This document shows positions 1-8,412 of a stretch of 64,000 nucleotides of DNA, piece after piece. Both the position numbers and the translations under genes were made by a program. The stretch lies in contig JAYGCM010000009.1 in the NCBI GenBank assembly GCA_046583355.1, forward strand, positions 44,101-108,100, given 5' to 3'. The notes under the pieces were generated by a model, which saw only the letters and a list, made by a program, of their open reading frames with translations, made no database searches and was not told the DNA's origin. Position 1 is the first letter of the stretch, and each line of letters opens with the position of its first letter. Origin of the DNA: Deltaproteobacteria bacterium (GTDB lineage: Bacteria > Desulfobacterota > Binatia > UBA12015).

Positions 1-1137
1 TCGGTGCCCGCCTGGCGTGGCCGTAATGCGGCCGTCGGCATCCGTGAGGTCCGCGCGACACTCGGCGATGGGCACCGCCATGCGGCGCGCCGCCGGCGCC
101 ACCTTCCCGAGGCTTCGGCCGGCCCGCTGGCGCGTTTTTCCGACTACCAGATTTCGCTAGCGGTACCGATATGGAAAGACGGATTTCTACTCGGCGCCGT
201 GCATATTCTGCGCACGCCGCGCTCGGTGCAAGACCTGCTCAAGGACCTTGGCCCCAGCGTATGGTTCGGCATTGCCTTGCCTTTTCTATTGCTGACGATG
301 ACGCTTCTGGCGGCCATCCGCTTCTTCGCCGTCCTTCCCATCCGCTCTTTGGTGGCCCAGGTCGACCCCGCCCTCACCTCGGCCGCCGCGCGCGAAAGAC
401 CGATCCCCCAGCCCCGCTCGCGCGAGGTAGGCGAGCTCTCCCAAGCGGTGGCGCAAATGGCGCGCTCCATGCGCAAGCAGGCCGAAGAGGCCTCCGCACA
501 GGCCGACGACCTCGTGCACAGCATCAAGAATAGTCTTTTGCCGGTACGCCAGGCCACCAGCGAACTCCTGAGCGAAGGGGAGGCAATGAGCACTAGCGAG
601 CGACGCACGGCCACCGACCGGATCTCCAGCGGCCTGGACCGTGTCATGGAGCATTCGCTCAAGGTGCTGGAGTTCGCGAATTCCGGACTGCCCAACGAAG
701 AGGCGCGTGGCCCCACCGACCTGAAAGATGTTCTGGCCGAGTTGGAAGAGGCCGGCCGCACAGTGGAAATCTGTGGCCTCGGAGGCCTCCCGGACCTGCC
801 GATGGTCGCCATCGAGCGCACCAGCCTGGGAAAAATCCTGGACAGGCTCTTCGAGAACGCCCAGCAGGCCGGCGCCCACTCGGTCGATATCACCATCCGG
901 CAGCGCGCTGACGCGCTGGTCCTGCGCTGTGCCGATGACGGCCCCGGCGTGCCCGAGCAGCACCGTGCAACGATCTTTCAACGCGGATTCACGACCCGCT
1001 CTGCCAGCGCCGGCACGGGCCTCGGCCTCGCCACGGCGCGGCGCCTGGCCGAGCGCGCCGGTGGCGCACTCTACCTCGACCCAAGCCAGCATGGTGCCGC
1101 CTTCGAGTTGGTCATTCCCTTGCCGCCCGACCTCTGA
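1..1137 (+). CDS. Membrane sensor histidine kinase (HAMP-HisKA-HATPase), 5' end probably outside the window
   Basis: TM helix, HAMP-like EVGELSQAVAQM, H-box DLVHSIKNSL, N-box LFENAQQAGA, DDGPGV, IFQRGFTT, GTGLGL. Confidence 0.9.
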   Translation, partial: SVPAWRGRNAAVGIREVRATLGDGHRHAARRRRHLPEASAGPLARFSDYQISLAVPIWKDGFLLGAVHILRTPRSVQDLLKDLGPSVWFGIALPFLLLTMTLLAAIRFFAVLPIRSLVAQVDPALTSAAARERPIPQPRSREVGELSQAVAQMARSMRKQAEEASAQADDLVHSIKNSLLPVRQATSELLSEGEAMSTSERRTATDRISSGLDRVMEHSLKVLEFANSGLPNEEARGPTDLKDVLAELEEAGRTVEICGLGGLPDLPMVAIERTSLGKILDRLFENAQQAGAHSVDITIRQRADALVLRCADDGPGVPEQHRATIFQRGFTTRSASAGTGLGLATARRLAERAGGALYLDPSQHGAAFELVIPLPPDL

Positions 1138-1744
1138 GCGAACGTGCGGCAGAACGCCACGCAACTACCGAGACGGCAGCCCGAGCCGTAATCACCAGCC
1201 GCTCCTCGCTCGGCAGCCCCGCGCCATCGCTCGGCCAAGACGTCACAAGATAGAGGACGGGCTCGCGCGGGCCGGTGACGATACCCAGATCATGGCGATC
1301 GCGTACCTCGCGCCGGGCAACATGATAATACTGCGCGCCTCCGTCGATATCCTGGATGCGGATGGTATCGCCCGGCATCAGATCGCCAAGAAACGAAAAG
1401 TAAGTATCGCTATCGCCGACAAGAAATCGGACGGAGCCGCGCCGCCCATCCACCCGCAGCTCGGTGGGGCCGTAGGCGAGCGAATGGCCGGCCGCCGCGC
1501 CCAGCACGATCTGGTCGACGCCGAGACGCGGCACCCGCAAGCGAGCCCGCACCTCGAGGTCCGCCTCGGGCCAAGGAGCTACGCCCCGGCCCGAGACAAT
1601 GGCGCGTTCCCAGGCAAAGCGCAGCAGAACCTGGCTGGCGAAGGCACGCCCATGCAAGAGGGCGGCCGAGCCGAGCAGGCTCAACCCCAATACGCCCACC
1701 ACCAAGGCCGTGAAATAGAGACGCTCGCCGCGTGAGCGCAGCAT
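1112..1744 (-). CDS. Marine proteobacterial-type (class GN/D) sortase homologue with substituted catalytic residues
   Basis: N-terminal TM; QVLLRFAW..PWPEAD..ARLRVPRLGV..LAYGP; GDSDTY replaces GHRDTH and LVTSWP replaces LVTCYP; Arg in ERLVITA retained. Confidence 0.8.
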   Translation of the reverse strand: MLRSRGERLYFTALVVGVLGLSLLGSAALLHGRAFASQVLLRFAWERAIVSGRGVAPWPEADLEVRARLRVPRLGVDQIVLGAAAGHSLAYGPTELRVDGRRGSVRFLVGDSDTYFSFLGDLMPGDTIRIQDIDGGAQYYHVARREVRDRHDLGIVTGPREPVLYLVTSWPSDGAGLPSEERLVITARAAVSVVAWRSAARSLRGRAARE

Positions 1745-1791
1745 CAGACCCTCTCCTTCCGCACCGCAAAATACGTCTTGTCAGCCATCAT
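1744..1791 (-). CDS. Putative 15-aa leader peptide MMADKTYFAVRKERV coupled to the sortase
   Basis: AGGAGG Shine-Dalgarno before ATGATG; its TGA overlaps the sortase ATG (TGATG). Confidence 0.4.
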   Translation of the reverse strand: MMADKTYFAVRKERV

Positions 1792-1841
1792 CGCCCCCTC
1801 CTGCGTGGGCCCAGACAAACCTACGACGCGCAGGTGCAGCC

Positions 1842-2315
1842 TTGGCGGAGGAAAAGTGGAGTTCTGGTGGATTCGCGCCGGCGGCCCAAGTCGGCCATCC
1901 TCAAGAGGTGCCCGCCAAAGCTCATCTCCAACAAGCGCGGACCTGCATCGCGCAGCGCCGCTGGTTTGACGCCCACGAAGAATTGGAGGCCATCTGGCGC
2001 GAGGCGAAGGATCCGGAGCGACGCATCCTACAGGGTGTGATCCACCTGGTCGTTTCCTTTGAGCATCTGCGCCGCGGCAACCCCCGCGGCGCACAAGCCC
2101 AATGGCTCAAGGCGCAGACCAAGCTTCAGGCTGGACGCGCGAGATATGAAGGGATCGAGATCGGGAATTGGTACCACGCCATTGCGTCTTTCTACGCCTT
2201 GATTGACCTCGCAGCAGCGGCCGAGCGCGGCACGTTACCGGAAGATCTGCCGGCCATGGAGGAATGGCCGATTCCCGAAGACCTGCGGGGTTCGGCGGCG
2301 GCCTCGGGCTGCTGA
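1842..2315 (+). CDS. DUF309 family protein (start uncertain)
   Basis: WFDAHEELEAIW...LQGVIHLVVSFEHLRRGNPRGA signature. Confidence 0.85.
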   Translation: MAEEKWSSGGFAPAAQVGHPQEVPAKAHLQQARTCIAQRRWFDAHEELEAIWREAKDPERRILQGVIHLVVSFEHLRRGNPRGAQAQWLKAQTKLQAGRARYEGIEIGNWYHAIASFYALIDLAAAAERGTLPEDLPAMEEWPIPEDLRGSAAASGC

Positions 2316-2323
2316 CGACCTGC

Positions 2324-2995
2324 CTAAGTCTCCGGCTGTGGGCCACAAGTGACCAGGCTGATCCGTCGTTCCGTGGTCTTCTCCCTACGCCCGAAGACCA
2401 CGAAGCGAATCGGAATCAAGCCCGAAAACCAGCGCGCCTCGCGCAGCTCGAAGCCCGCCCTGCCAATGAGCTGATCGAGCTCGTCGCCGCGAAAACGTGT
2501 CTGGACCGGAAAGCCGATCCCCGCGAGCAAGCGCGAAACAACATTCGCCCGCAGGCCTTGGCCATGTGCGAAGGTCGGCGCGACGAGGAGACCTCCGGGG
2601 CGTAGCACTCTCCAGGCTTCGGCTAGCGCCTCCAACGGCTGCGGTAAAAGATGGAGCAAATTCGCCATCACCACCACGTCAAATGCCGCATCGGGAAAGG
2701 ACAGCGCGAGCGCATCGGCCGCGCGGACCTGGATATGCCCGGCCGTACCGACTCGGGCGCGCAGAATCTCGAGCATCTCCTCGCTCGCATCGGTTGCGAT
2801 ATAATGCCCGGCACCCGGCGCGGCGATCTCGGTCACCATGCCGGTGCCCGCGGCGATCTCCAGCACGTCGCCGGCACCGCGGGTCCGTGCCGCGACCGCC
2901 TGCGCCATCTCGGCAAAGCCGCTGCTCAAGCGCCGGGTGGCACGGTCGTAGCGGCTTGCGTGCTTCTTCCAGAAAGCCGGGTTTCCATCGGACAT
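2324..2995 (-). CDS. Class I SAM-dependent methyltransferase
   Basis: VLEIAAGTG motif I, DALALSFPDAAFDVV, RVLRPGG. Confidence 0.9.
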   Translation of the reverse strand: MSDGNPAFWKKHASRYDRATRRLSSGFAEMAQAVAARTRGAGDVLEIAAGTGMVTEIAAPGAGHYIATDASEEMLEILRARVGTAGHIQVRAADALALSFPDAAFDVVVMANLLHLLPQPLEALAEAWRVLRPGGLLVAPTFAHGQGLRANVVSRLLAGIGFPVQTRFRGDELDQLIGRAGFELREARWFSGLIPIRFVVFGRREKTTERRISLVTCGPQPET

Positions 2996-3116
2996 AGGCC
3001 GATTTTATCGGGACACGGATTGGTTGCAAGCTCGCACCGTGCTGCCGGGCTCCCGAGACCGCTACGGTTTGCCGTTTGCCGGTGATACCCCCAGAACGAG
3101 CACCAAGGAGGTAACC

Positions 3117-3791
3117 GTGGCATCTCTCACGCTAGCAACGCTCTATTTTATCGGAATTCATGTCTTCATCTCGGGCACGAAGCTGCGCGACGCGATGGTG
3201 GCGCGCATCGGCGAAGGGCCCTTCATGGGTGTCTTCTCGTTGGCCTCGATCGCCGGTATGGTGTGGATCGTCAGCGCCTACCGCGCCGCGCCCTTGATCC
3301 CGCTCTGGAGTGGCTCCGAGTGGAGCCGGATTCTCGCGCTTGTCGTGATGCTTCCGGCCGTCTTCCTGGTCATGATCGGGCTCACCACGCCGAGCCCGAC
3401 TACTGCGGGCATGGACCGCAGCCTGGGGGCCGGCGCACATGGAATCCTGCGCGTGACTCGGCACCCCTTCCTCAGTGGCATCGTGCTCTGGGGGCTGACC
3501 CATATGATCGCCAACGGCGACGCAGCCTCTTTGCTGCTCTTCGGCGGCTTCACCGCCCTGGCCGCGCTTGGCCCGCGCCTGATCGACACCAAGCGCAGCC
3601 GTCGCCTCGGCGAAGACTACGAGGACTTCATGGCCGTCACCTCCACGCTCCCTTTCGCGGCGATCGTATCTGGCCGAAACCGTTTTGAGCCCGGCGAGCT
3701 CGGCGCTGCCCGCGTCCTGCTGGCGCTTGCGGTCTACGCTGCACTTCTCGGCTCGCATAGGGCACTCTTCGGGGTCTCGCCTCTGGGCTGA
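3117..3791 (+). CDS. nnrU: NnrU family membrane protein
   Basis: AAGGAG RBS before GTG; GILRVTRHPFLSGIVLWGLTHMIANGD and TSTLPFAAI motifs. Confidence 0.85.
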   Translation: MASLTLATLYFIGIHVFISGTKLRDAMVARIGEGPFMGVFSLASIAGMVWIVSAYRAAPLIPLWSGSEWSRILALVVMLPAVFLVMIGLTTPSPTTAGMDRSLGAGAHGILRVTRHPFLSGIVLWGLTHMIANGDAASLLLFGGFTALAALGPRLIDTKRSRRLGEDYEDFMAVTSTLPFAAIVSGRNRFEPGELGAARVLLALAVYAALLGSHRALFGVSPLG

Positions 3792-3818
3792 GCCAGGATT
3801 CCGCGTCCGCAGTACAGC

Positions 3819-4250
3819 TCAGGCAACGCTACGTGCTTCTACCTCAAGGCCGAGCACCGTCGCGGCACGCTCAAAGAGGGGGAAGTCGAAGCTGCGGGCC
3901 GGGTCCTCAAGGGCTGCCAGCAGACGAACGCTGGAGCGGAGACGACGCGCCAATTCCGCCCGCGTAAGTCCGGCATCCCGACGCGCCCGCTGCAGAGCTA
4001 CCCGGAGTGCGTAGGTTGGCGGCAAGACGACCCAATGAACCCGGGATCCGCGGGAAGGCCGGCGGTGCCTTGGCAGCGCCGGTGCGTCCTGATCTCGCAG
4101 GGAGACTTCGAGCCACCCGAGAAGAGCGTCCTTCGCCATATCTTCTGCGCTCGGACCGTCTTTCCAACTGCAGGTCTGGCAACCGGGGCAGTCCGGGAAC
4201 ACGATGGACTCGGAGCCGTCCTCGGGTGTGATGATTGCCGCGTATTTCAT
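3819..4250 (-). CDS. hicB: HicB family antitoxin with C-terminal HTH
   Basis: YAAII..IVFPDCPGC.T...AKDALLGWLE RNase H-like core plus RRDAGLTRAELARRL HTH; downstream of hicA. Confidence 0.85.
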   Translation of the reverse strand: MKYAAIITPEDGSESIVFPDCPGCQTCSWKDGPSAEDMAKDALLGWLEVSLRDQDAPALPRHRRPSRGSRVHWVVLPPTYALRVALQRARRDAGLTRAELARRLRSSVRLLAALEDPARSFDFPLFERAATVLGLEVEARSVA

Positions 4251-4254
4251 TTCC

Positions 4255-4449
4255 CTACCTGAGCCTCACCCCGGATTGGCGCTCGATACTACGCAGCGTT
4301 CCTTGGGGAAGGTCCCGCTTGCCAGAGTATGGCACTATAACCTCACCAAGTCGGACCGAATGCTGGAACTGGCGATGTGAACCCGAGCCCGATTTCACCT
4401 CGTACCAGCCACCCCGCAAGAGCCGGCGCACCGCCTGTCTCGCCTTCAC
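4255..4449 (-). CDS. hicA: HicA family mRNA interferase toxin
   Basis: 64 aa from GTG; GW..V...GSHRQFQH...VIVP...DLPQGTLRSIERQSG. Confidence 0.9.
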   Translation of the reverse strand: MKARQAVRRLLRGGWYEVKSGSGSHRQFQHSVRLGEVIVPYSGKRDLPQGTLRSIERQSGVRLR

Positions 4450-4484
4450 GCCTGCCCGCGTACGAGCAATCAGGTCCGAGCGAT

Positions 4485-4534
4485 AGACCATCGGCGTTCA
4501 GAATGGTCTGCAAGACAATGCAGGGAGACCATCG
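4485..4534. promoter_or_regulatory. Array of AGAC(C/A)AT half-sites between divergent hicA and fadD3
   Basis: AGACCAT 4485-4491, inverted ATGGTCT 4503-4509, AGACAAT 4513-4519, AGACCAT 4526-4532. Confidence 0.35.
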
Positions 4535-4641
4535 CCCCAAGGCATTCGCCCGGGCAGCAGTGCTGGGTTATGGAAGAGAAGACGCCTGTTCAGTGAGCAG
4601 GGTCGTACCTCCAACTTTTGACGACGCGGGAATTCGGATTG

Positions 4642-6216
4642 ATGGAAGAGACCATACCGGCATTGGTGCAGGCAGCAGGGCAGCGCTTTGGCGACGCCTC
4701 GGCCATTGAAGACGGCGAGCGCCGGTTCAGCTTTCGCGAGTTGGCTGCCGCAGGCCTGGCGGCCGGGCGCGCGTTTCGCGCAGCCGGCCTGCAGCGCGGC
4801 GAGCGGGCCGCGATCTGGGCACCGAATTATTCAGAATGGATTGTCGCGGCCATCGGCATACAATCGGCCGGCGGCGTGCTGGTGCCGCTCAATACGCGGC
4901 TCAAGGCAGGCGAGGCGGCCTACGTTCTGGGCACCAGCGGGGCCAAGATCCTCTGTACGGTCAGCGATTTTCTCGGCGTCGATTACGCAGCCGAGATTCA
5001 GAAGCAGGATCTGCCGGAGTTGGAGCAAATCATCACCTTCCGCGGCTCCTCGGCGGGCGCACAGACCTGGGAGGATTTCCTCAGCGGCGGCGAGGCGGTC
5101 CCGACGGCCACCATCGAGGCCGAGATCGCAGCGCTCACGGGCGACGATCTCTCCGACATCCTCTTTACCTCGGGTACCACCGGCAAACCCAAAGGCGTGA
5201 TGACGGCGCATGGCCAGAACCTCAAAGCTTTTGAGTGCTGGTCGGGTTTCGTCGGCCTGCGCGAGGGCGACCGCTATCTCATCGTCAACCCATTTTTTCA
5301 TGCCTTTGGCTACAAGGCGGGTTGGGTATCGGCCATTATGCGCGGTGCGACGATTCTGCCGCAGGTCACCTTTGATGTCCCGGAGATCCTCGCGCGGATC
5401 GGGCCCGATCGCATCACCATGCTGCCCGGCCCGCCCACCATCTACCAGACGATTCTGGCCCACCCCGACCTCGAGAAATACGATATATCGTCCTTGCGCC
5501 TGGCCGCTACGGGGGCCGCCGCCATCCCCGTCGAGCTGATCCGCCAGATGCACGACAAGCTCGGATTTACGACTGTCCTCACAGGTTATGGCCTGACCGA
5601 GACCTGCGGCGTCGTCACCATGTGCCGCGAAGGCGACGATGCCGAGACGATCGCCACGACCTCCGGGCGACCGGTCCCCGATGTCGAGGTGCGATTGGTG
5701 GATACCGAGGGCAACGATGTCGCCACCGGCGAGCCGGGTGAGGTCATCGTGCGCGGCTACAACGTCATGCGCGGGTATTTCAACAATCCCGAAGAGACCG
5801 CCGCCACAATCGACGCCGACGGTTTCCTGCATACCGGCGATATTGCCGTGGCCGACGCGGACTTCAACCTCCGCATCACCGATCGCATCAAAGATATGTT
5901 CATCATGGGTGGCTTCAATTGCTACCCGGCCGAAATCGAGAACGCGCTCTACGATAGTGGCCTGGTGGCCCAGGTGGCCGTGATCGGCGTGCCCGACAAA
6001 CGCATGGGCGAGGTCGGCATGGCCTTCGTCGTGCCGGCGCCGGGCAGCGATATCAGCCCTGCTTCCGTGGTTGCCTGGAGTCGGGAAAATATGGCGAACT
6101 ACAAAGTGCCTCGCTACGTCGAGCTGGTCGATTCCCTGCCGACCAACGCATCGGGCAAGGTAACCAAATTCGTCTTGCGCGAGCGGGCCGAGAAAATTCT
6201 GGACACCCAGGAGTAG
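4642..6216 (+). CDS. fadD3: FadD3-like acyl-CoA ligase (HIP-CoA ligase family)
   Basis: DILFTSGTTGKPKG, NPFFHAFGYKAG, GYGLTE, LHTGD, KDMFIMGGFNCYPAEIE. Confidence 0.8.
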   Translation: MEETIPALVQAAGQRFGDASAIEDGERRFSFRELAAAGLAAGRAFRAAGLQRGERAAIWAPNYSEWIVAAIGIQSAGGVLVPLNTRLKAGEAAYVLGTSGAKILCTVSDFLGVDYAAEIQKQDLPELEQIITFRGSSAGAQTWEDFLSGGEAVPTATIEAEIAALTGDDLSDILFTSGTTGKPKGVMTAHGQNLKAFECWSGFVGLREGDRYLIVNPFFHAFGYKAGWVSAIMRGATILPQVTFDVPEILARIGPDRITMLPGPPTIYQTILAHPDLEKYDISSLRLAATGAAAIPVELIRQMHDKLGFTTVLTGYGLTETCGVVTMCREGDDAETIATTSGRPVPDVEVRLVDTEGNDVATGEPGEVIVRGYNVMRGYFNNPEETAATIDADGFLHTGDIAVADADFNLRITDRIKDMFIMGGFNCYPAEIENALYDSGLVAQVAVIGVPDKRMGEVGMAFVVPAPGSDISPASVVAWSRENMANYKVPRYVELVDSLPTNASGKVTKFVLRERAEKILDTQE

Positions 6217-6220
6217 CCGC

Positions 6221-7816
6221 ATGTCGCGCTTGAAAACCGAGAATTTGCTGGCCGCCGGGAGCCTCTGGGGGCTGATTGAGAAACGCGCCGCCGCCACGCC
6301 CGATGCCCTTTTTGCGGTCGATGAAAACGACCGCGAGCTGACCTTCCAAGGCTACCGCGATGCTTGTGAGCGGGCTGCGGCCGGGCTGATGGCGCATGGC
6401 GTCGCCACCGGCACGCATGTCTCGTGGATGCTGCCGACCTGGTTTGAGTCGATGGTGCTGGTGGGCGCGCTGGCGCGTCTCGGCGCGGTGCAGAACCCGA
6501 TCCTGCCGATCTACCGGCATAAAGAGGTCGGCTTCATCGCGCAGCAATTCGATACCAAGCTGCTGATTTTGCCGCCGGCCAATGAAAAATTCGACTACCC
6601 GCAGATGGGCCAGGATCTCCAGGCCGAGCGTAAAGGCATGGCCGTGCTGGTCTGCGACCATGCGCTACCCGAAGGCGACCCCGCCGCCCTGCCGGCCAAG
6701 CCGGCGGAAACCAACGACGCCGACGCACCTATGCGCTGGGTCTTCTACAGCTCTGGCACCACGGCCGACCCCAAGGGCGCCCTGCATACGGATCTTACGC
6801 TTTACGCGTCAGCGCGCGGCATGGCCGCCTGCCTGCACCTCGACCCGAGCGACCGCGTGGCCTTGGTCTTTCCCTTCACGCACGTCGGCGGGATCGGCTG
6901 GCTGGGCAGCGTCCTCGCGTCAGGCGCGGCCTTCATCGTCGTGCCGGCATTCAACGCCAAGACAACGCCTGAGGTGCTCGCGCGCCACGGTGTGACCCAG
7001 GCCACCGCCGGTACGGCCTTCCACCAGGCCTACCTGGCGGCGCAGAGGGCACGCCGCGCGGCCGGCGACGACTCGCCGCTCTTCGCGCAGGTGCGCAGCT
7101 TTCCCGGTGGCGGCGCGCCCAAGCCACCGCAACTTCATACCGAGTTGCGCGAAGAGATGGGCGGTGTCGGTATCGTCTCGGGCTACGGCATGACCGAATG
7201 CCCGATCATGACGATGGCGGCGATCACCGACCCAGCCGAGGCGCTGGCCAATACCGAAGGCAAGGCATCGCCGCCGGAGGTCGAATTTCGCATCGTCACC
7301 TTGGCCGGCCCCGACGCCGGACTCGGCGAAGAAGGCGAGATCCGGGTAAAGGCGCCGCAGCTCTGCCGCGGCTATCTGGAGGAGTCGCTCAACGAAAAAG
7401 CCTGGGACGAAAAGGGCTTCTTCCATACCGGCGACCTCGGCCACCTGGATGCAGACGGCTTTCTCACCATCACCAGGCGCTTGAAGGATGTGATCATCCG
7501 CAAGGGTGAGAATATCAGCGCCAAGGAAGTCGAAGACCTGCTCTACGAGCACGAATTGGTCGAAGATGTCGCGGTGATCGGCGTCCCCGATGCCGACACC
7601 GGCGAGCGTGCGTGTGCCATCGTGCAGACGCCTGCGGGCAAAGAAGCCCTCGGCTTCGCCGCCATGGTTGCCTGGCTGAAGGGACGTGGGCTGATGAACC
7701 AGAAGATCCCCGAGCAGCTCGAGGTGCTCGCGCTGGTGCCGCGCAACGCGACCGGCAAGATCGACAAAAAGGGCCTGCGCGAGACCTACAAGGATTCGCC
7801 GCGACCGCCACGATGA
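6221..7816 (+). CDS. AMP-binding acyl-CoA ligase (cyclohexanecarboxylate-CoA ligase-like)
   Basis: YSSGTTADPKG, SGYGMTE, FHTGDLG, KDVIIRKGENISAKEVE. Confidence 0.85.
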   Translation: MSRLKTENLLAAGSLWGLIEKRAAATPDALFAVDENDRELTFQGYRDACERAAAGLMAHGVATGTHVSWMLPTWFESMVLVGALARLGAVQNPILPIYRHKEVGFIAQQFDTKLLILPPANEKFDYPQMGQDLQAERKGMAVLVCDHALPEGDPAALPAKPAETNDADAPMRWVFYSSGTTADPKGALHTDLTLYASARGMAACLHLDPSDRVALVFPFTHVGGIGWLGSVLASGAAFIVVPAFNAKTTPEVLARHGVTQATAGTAFHQAYLAAQRARRAAGDDSPLFAQVRSFPGGGAPKPPQLHTELREEMGGVGIVSGYGMTECPIMTMAAITDPAEALANTEGKASPPEVEFRIVTLAGPDAGLGEEGEIRVKAPQLCRGYLEESLNEKAWDEKGFFHTGDLGHLDADGFLTITRRLKDVIIRKGENISAKEVEDLLYEHELVEDVAVIGVPDADTGERACAIVQTPAGKEALGFAAMVAWLKGRGLMNQKIPEQLEVLALVPRNATGKIDKKGLRETYKDSPRPPR

Positions 7817-8343
7817 CCGGCTTGGAGAAGGCAGTCGCACGCGACGAGATCCGCCAGCTCGTCTACCGCTACGCGCACGCAACCGACATGCGCGACCTCG
7901 ATATGCTGGTCGCCTGCTTCATCCCGAACGTGCAGGTCGGCCGCGACTCCTTTGGTCGCGACGCGCTGCGGGCCAATTTCGCCCAGCAATTGCGCGGTGT
8001 GGGCATCACGATTCTCTTTGTCGGCAACCACCGCATCGACTTCCAGGACGCGACGCATGCCACCGGCAGCGTCTATTGCAAAGGCGAGATCCAGGACGAC
8101 AAGCGCTGGATCCACCAGGCGATCCGCTACGACGATACCTACCAGCAGGTAGACGGCCAGTGGCTGCTGGTGCGGCGCAAGCACCTGCTCTGGTATGGCG
8201 CCGAGCCCGGGCAGAACCCCCTTGATCTTGCCCCGGCCGATTGGCCCGCCCACCATAGCGGCAAGGGCACCTTGCCGGAATGTGAGGAGAGCTGGCAGAC
8301 TTTCTGGGCCGCGGACGCCTGCCACGAGCCGAAGCAAAGCTGA
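7813..8343 (+). CDS. SnoaL-like/NTF2 family protein
   Basis: EIRQLVYRYAHATDMRD, NHRIDF..ATG..Y, YDDTYQQVDGQW; ATGA overlap with upstream gene. Confidence 0.85.
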   Translation: MTGLEKAVARDEIRQLVYRYAHATDMRDLDMLVACFIPNVQVGRDSFGRDALRANFAQQLRGVGITILFVGNHRIDFQDATHATGSVYCKGEIQDDKRWIHQAIRYDDTYQQVDGQWLLVRRKHLLWYGAEPGQNPLDLAPADWPAHHSGKGTLPECEESWQTFWAADACHEPKQS

Positions 8344-8412
8344 GCCAGTCGTCTACAAGTCAGTCGTCTACAGCAGCGGCGCCATGCCGGCGCAGACGGA
8401 GATCCTGAATTC

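Noticed and set aside
4831..6297. 488-aa ORF on the - strand
   Set aside because: Antisense shadow of fadD3.
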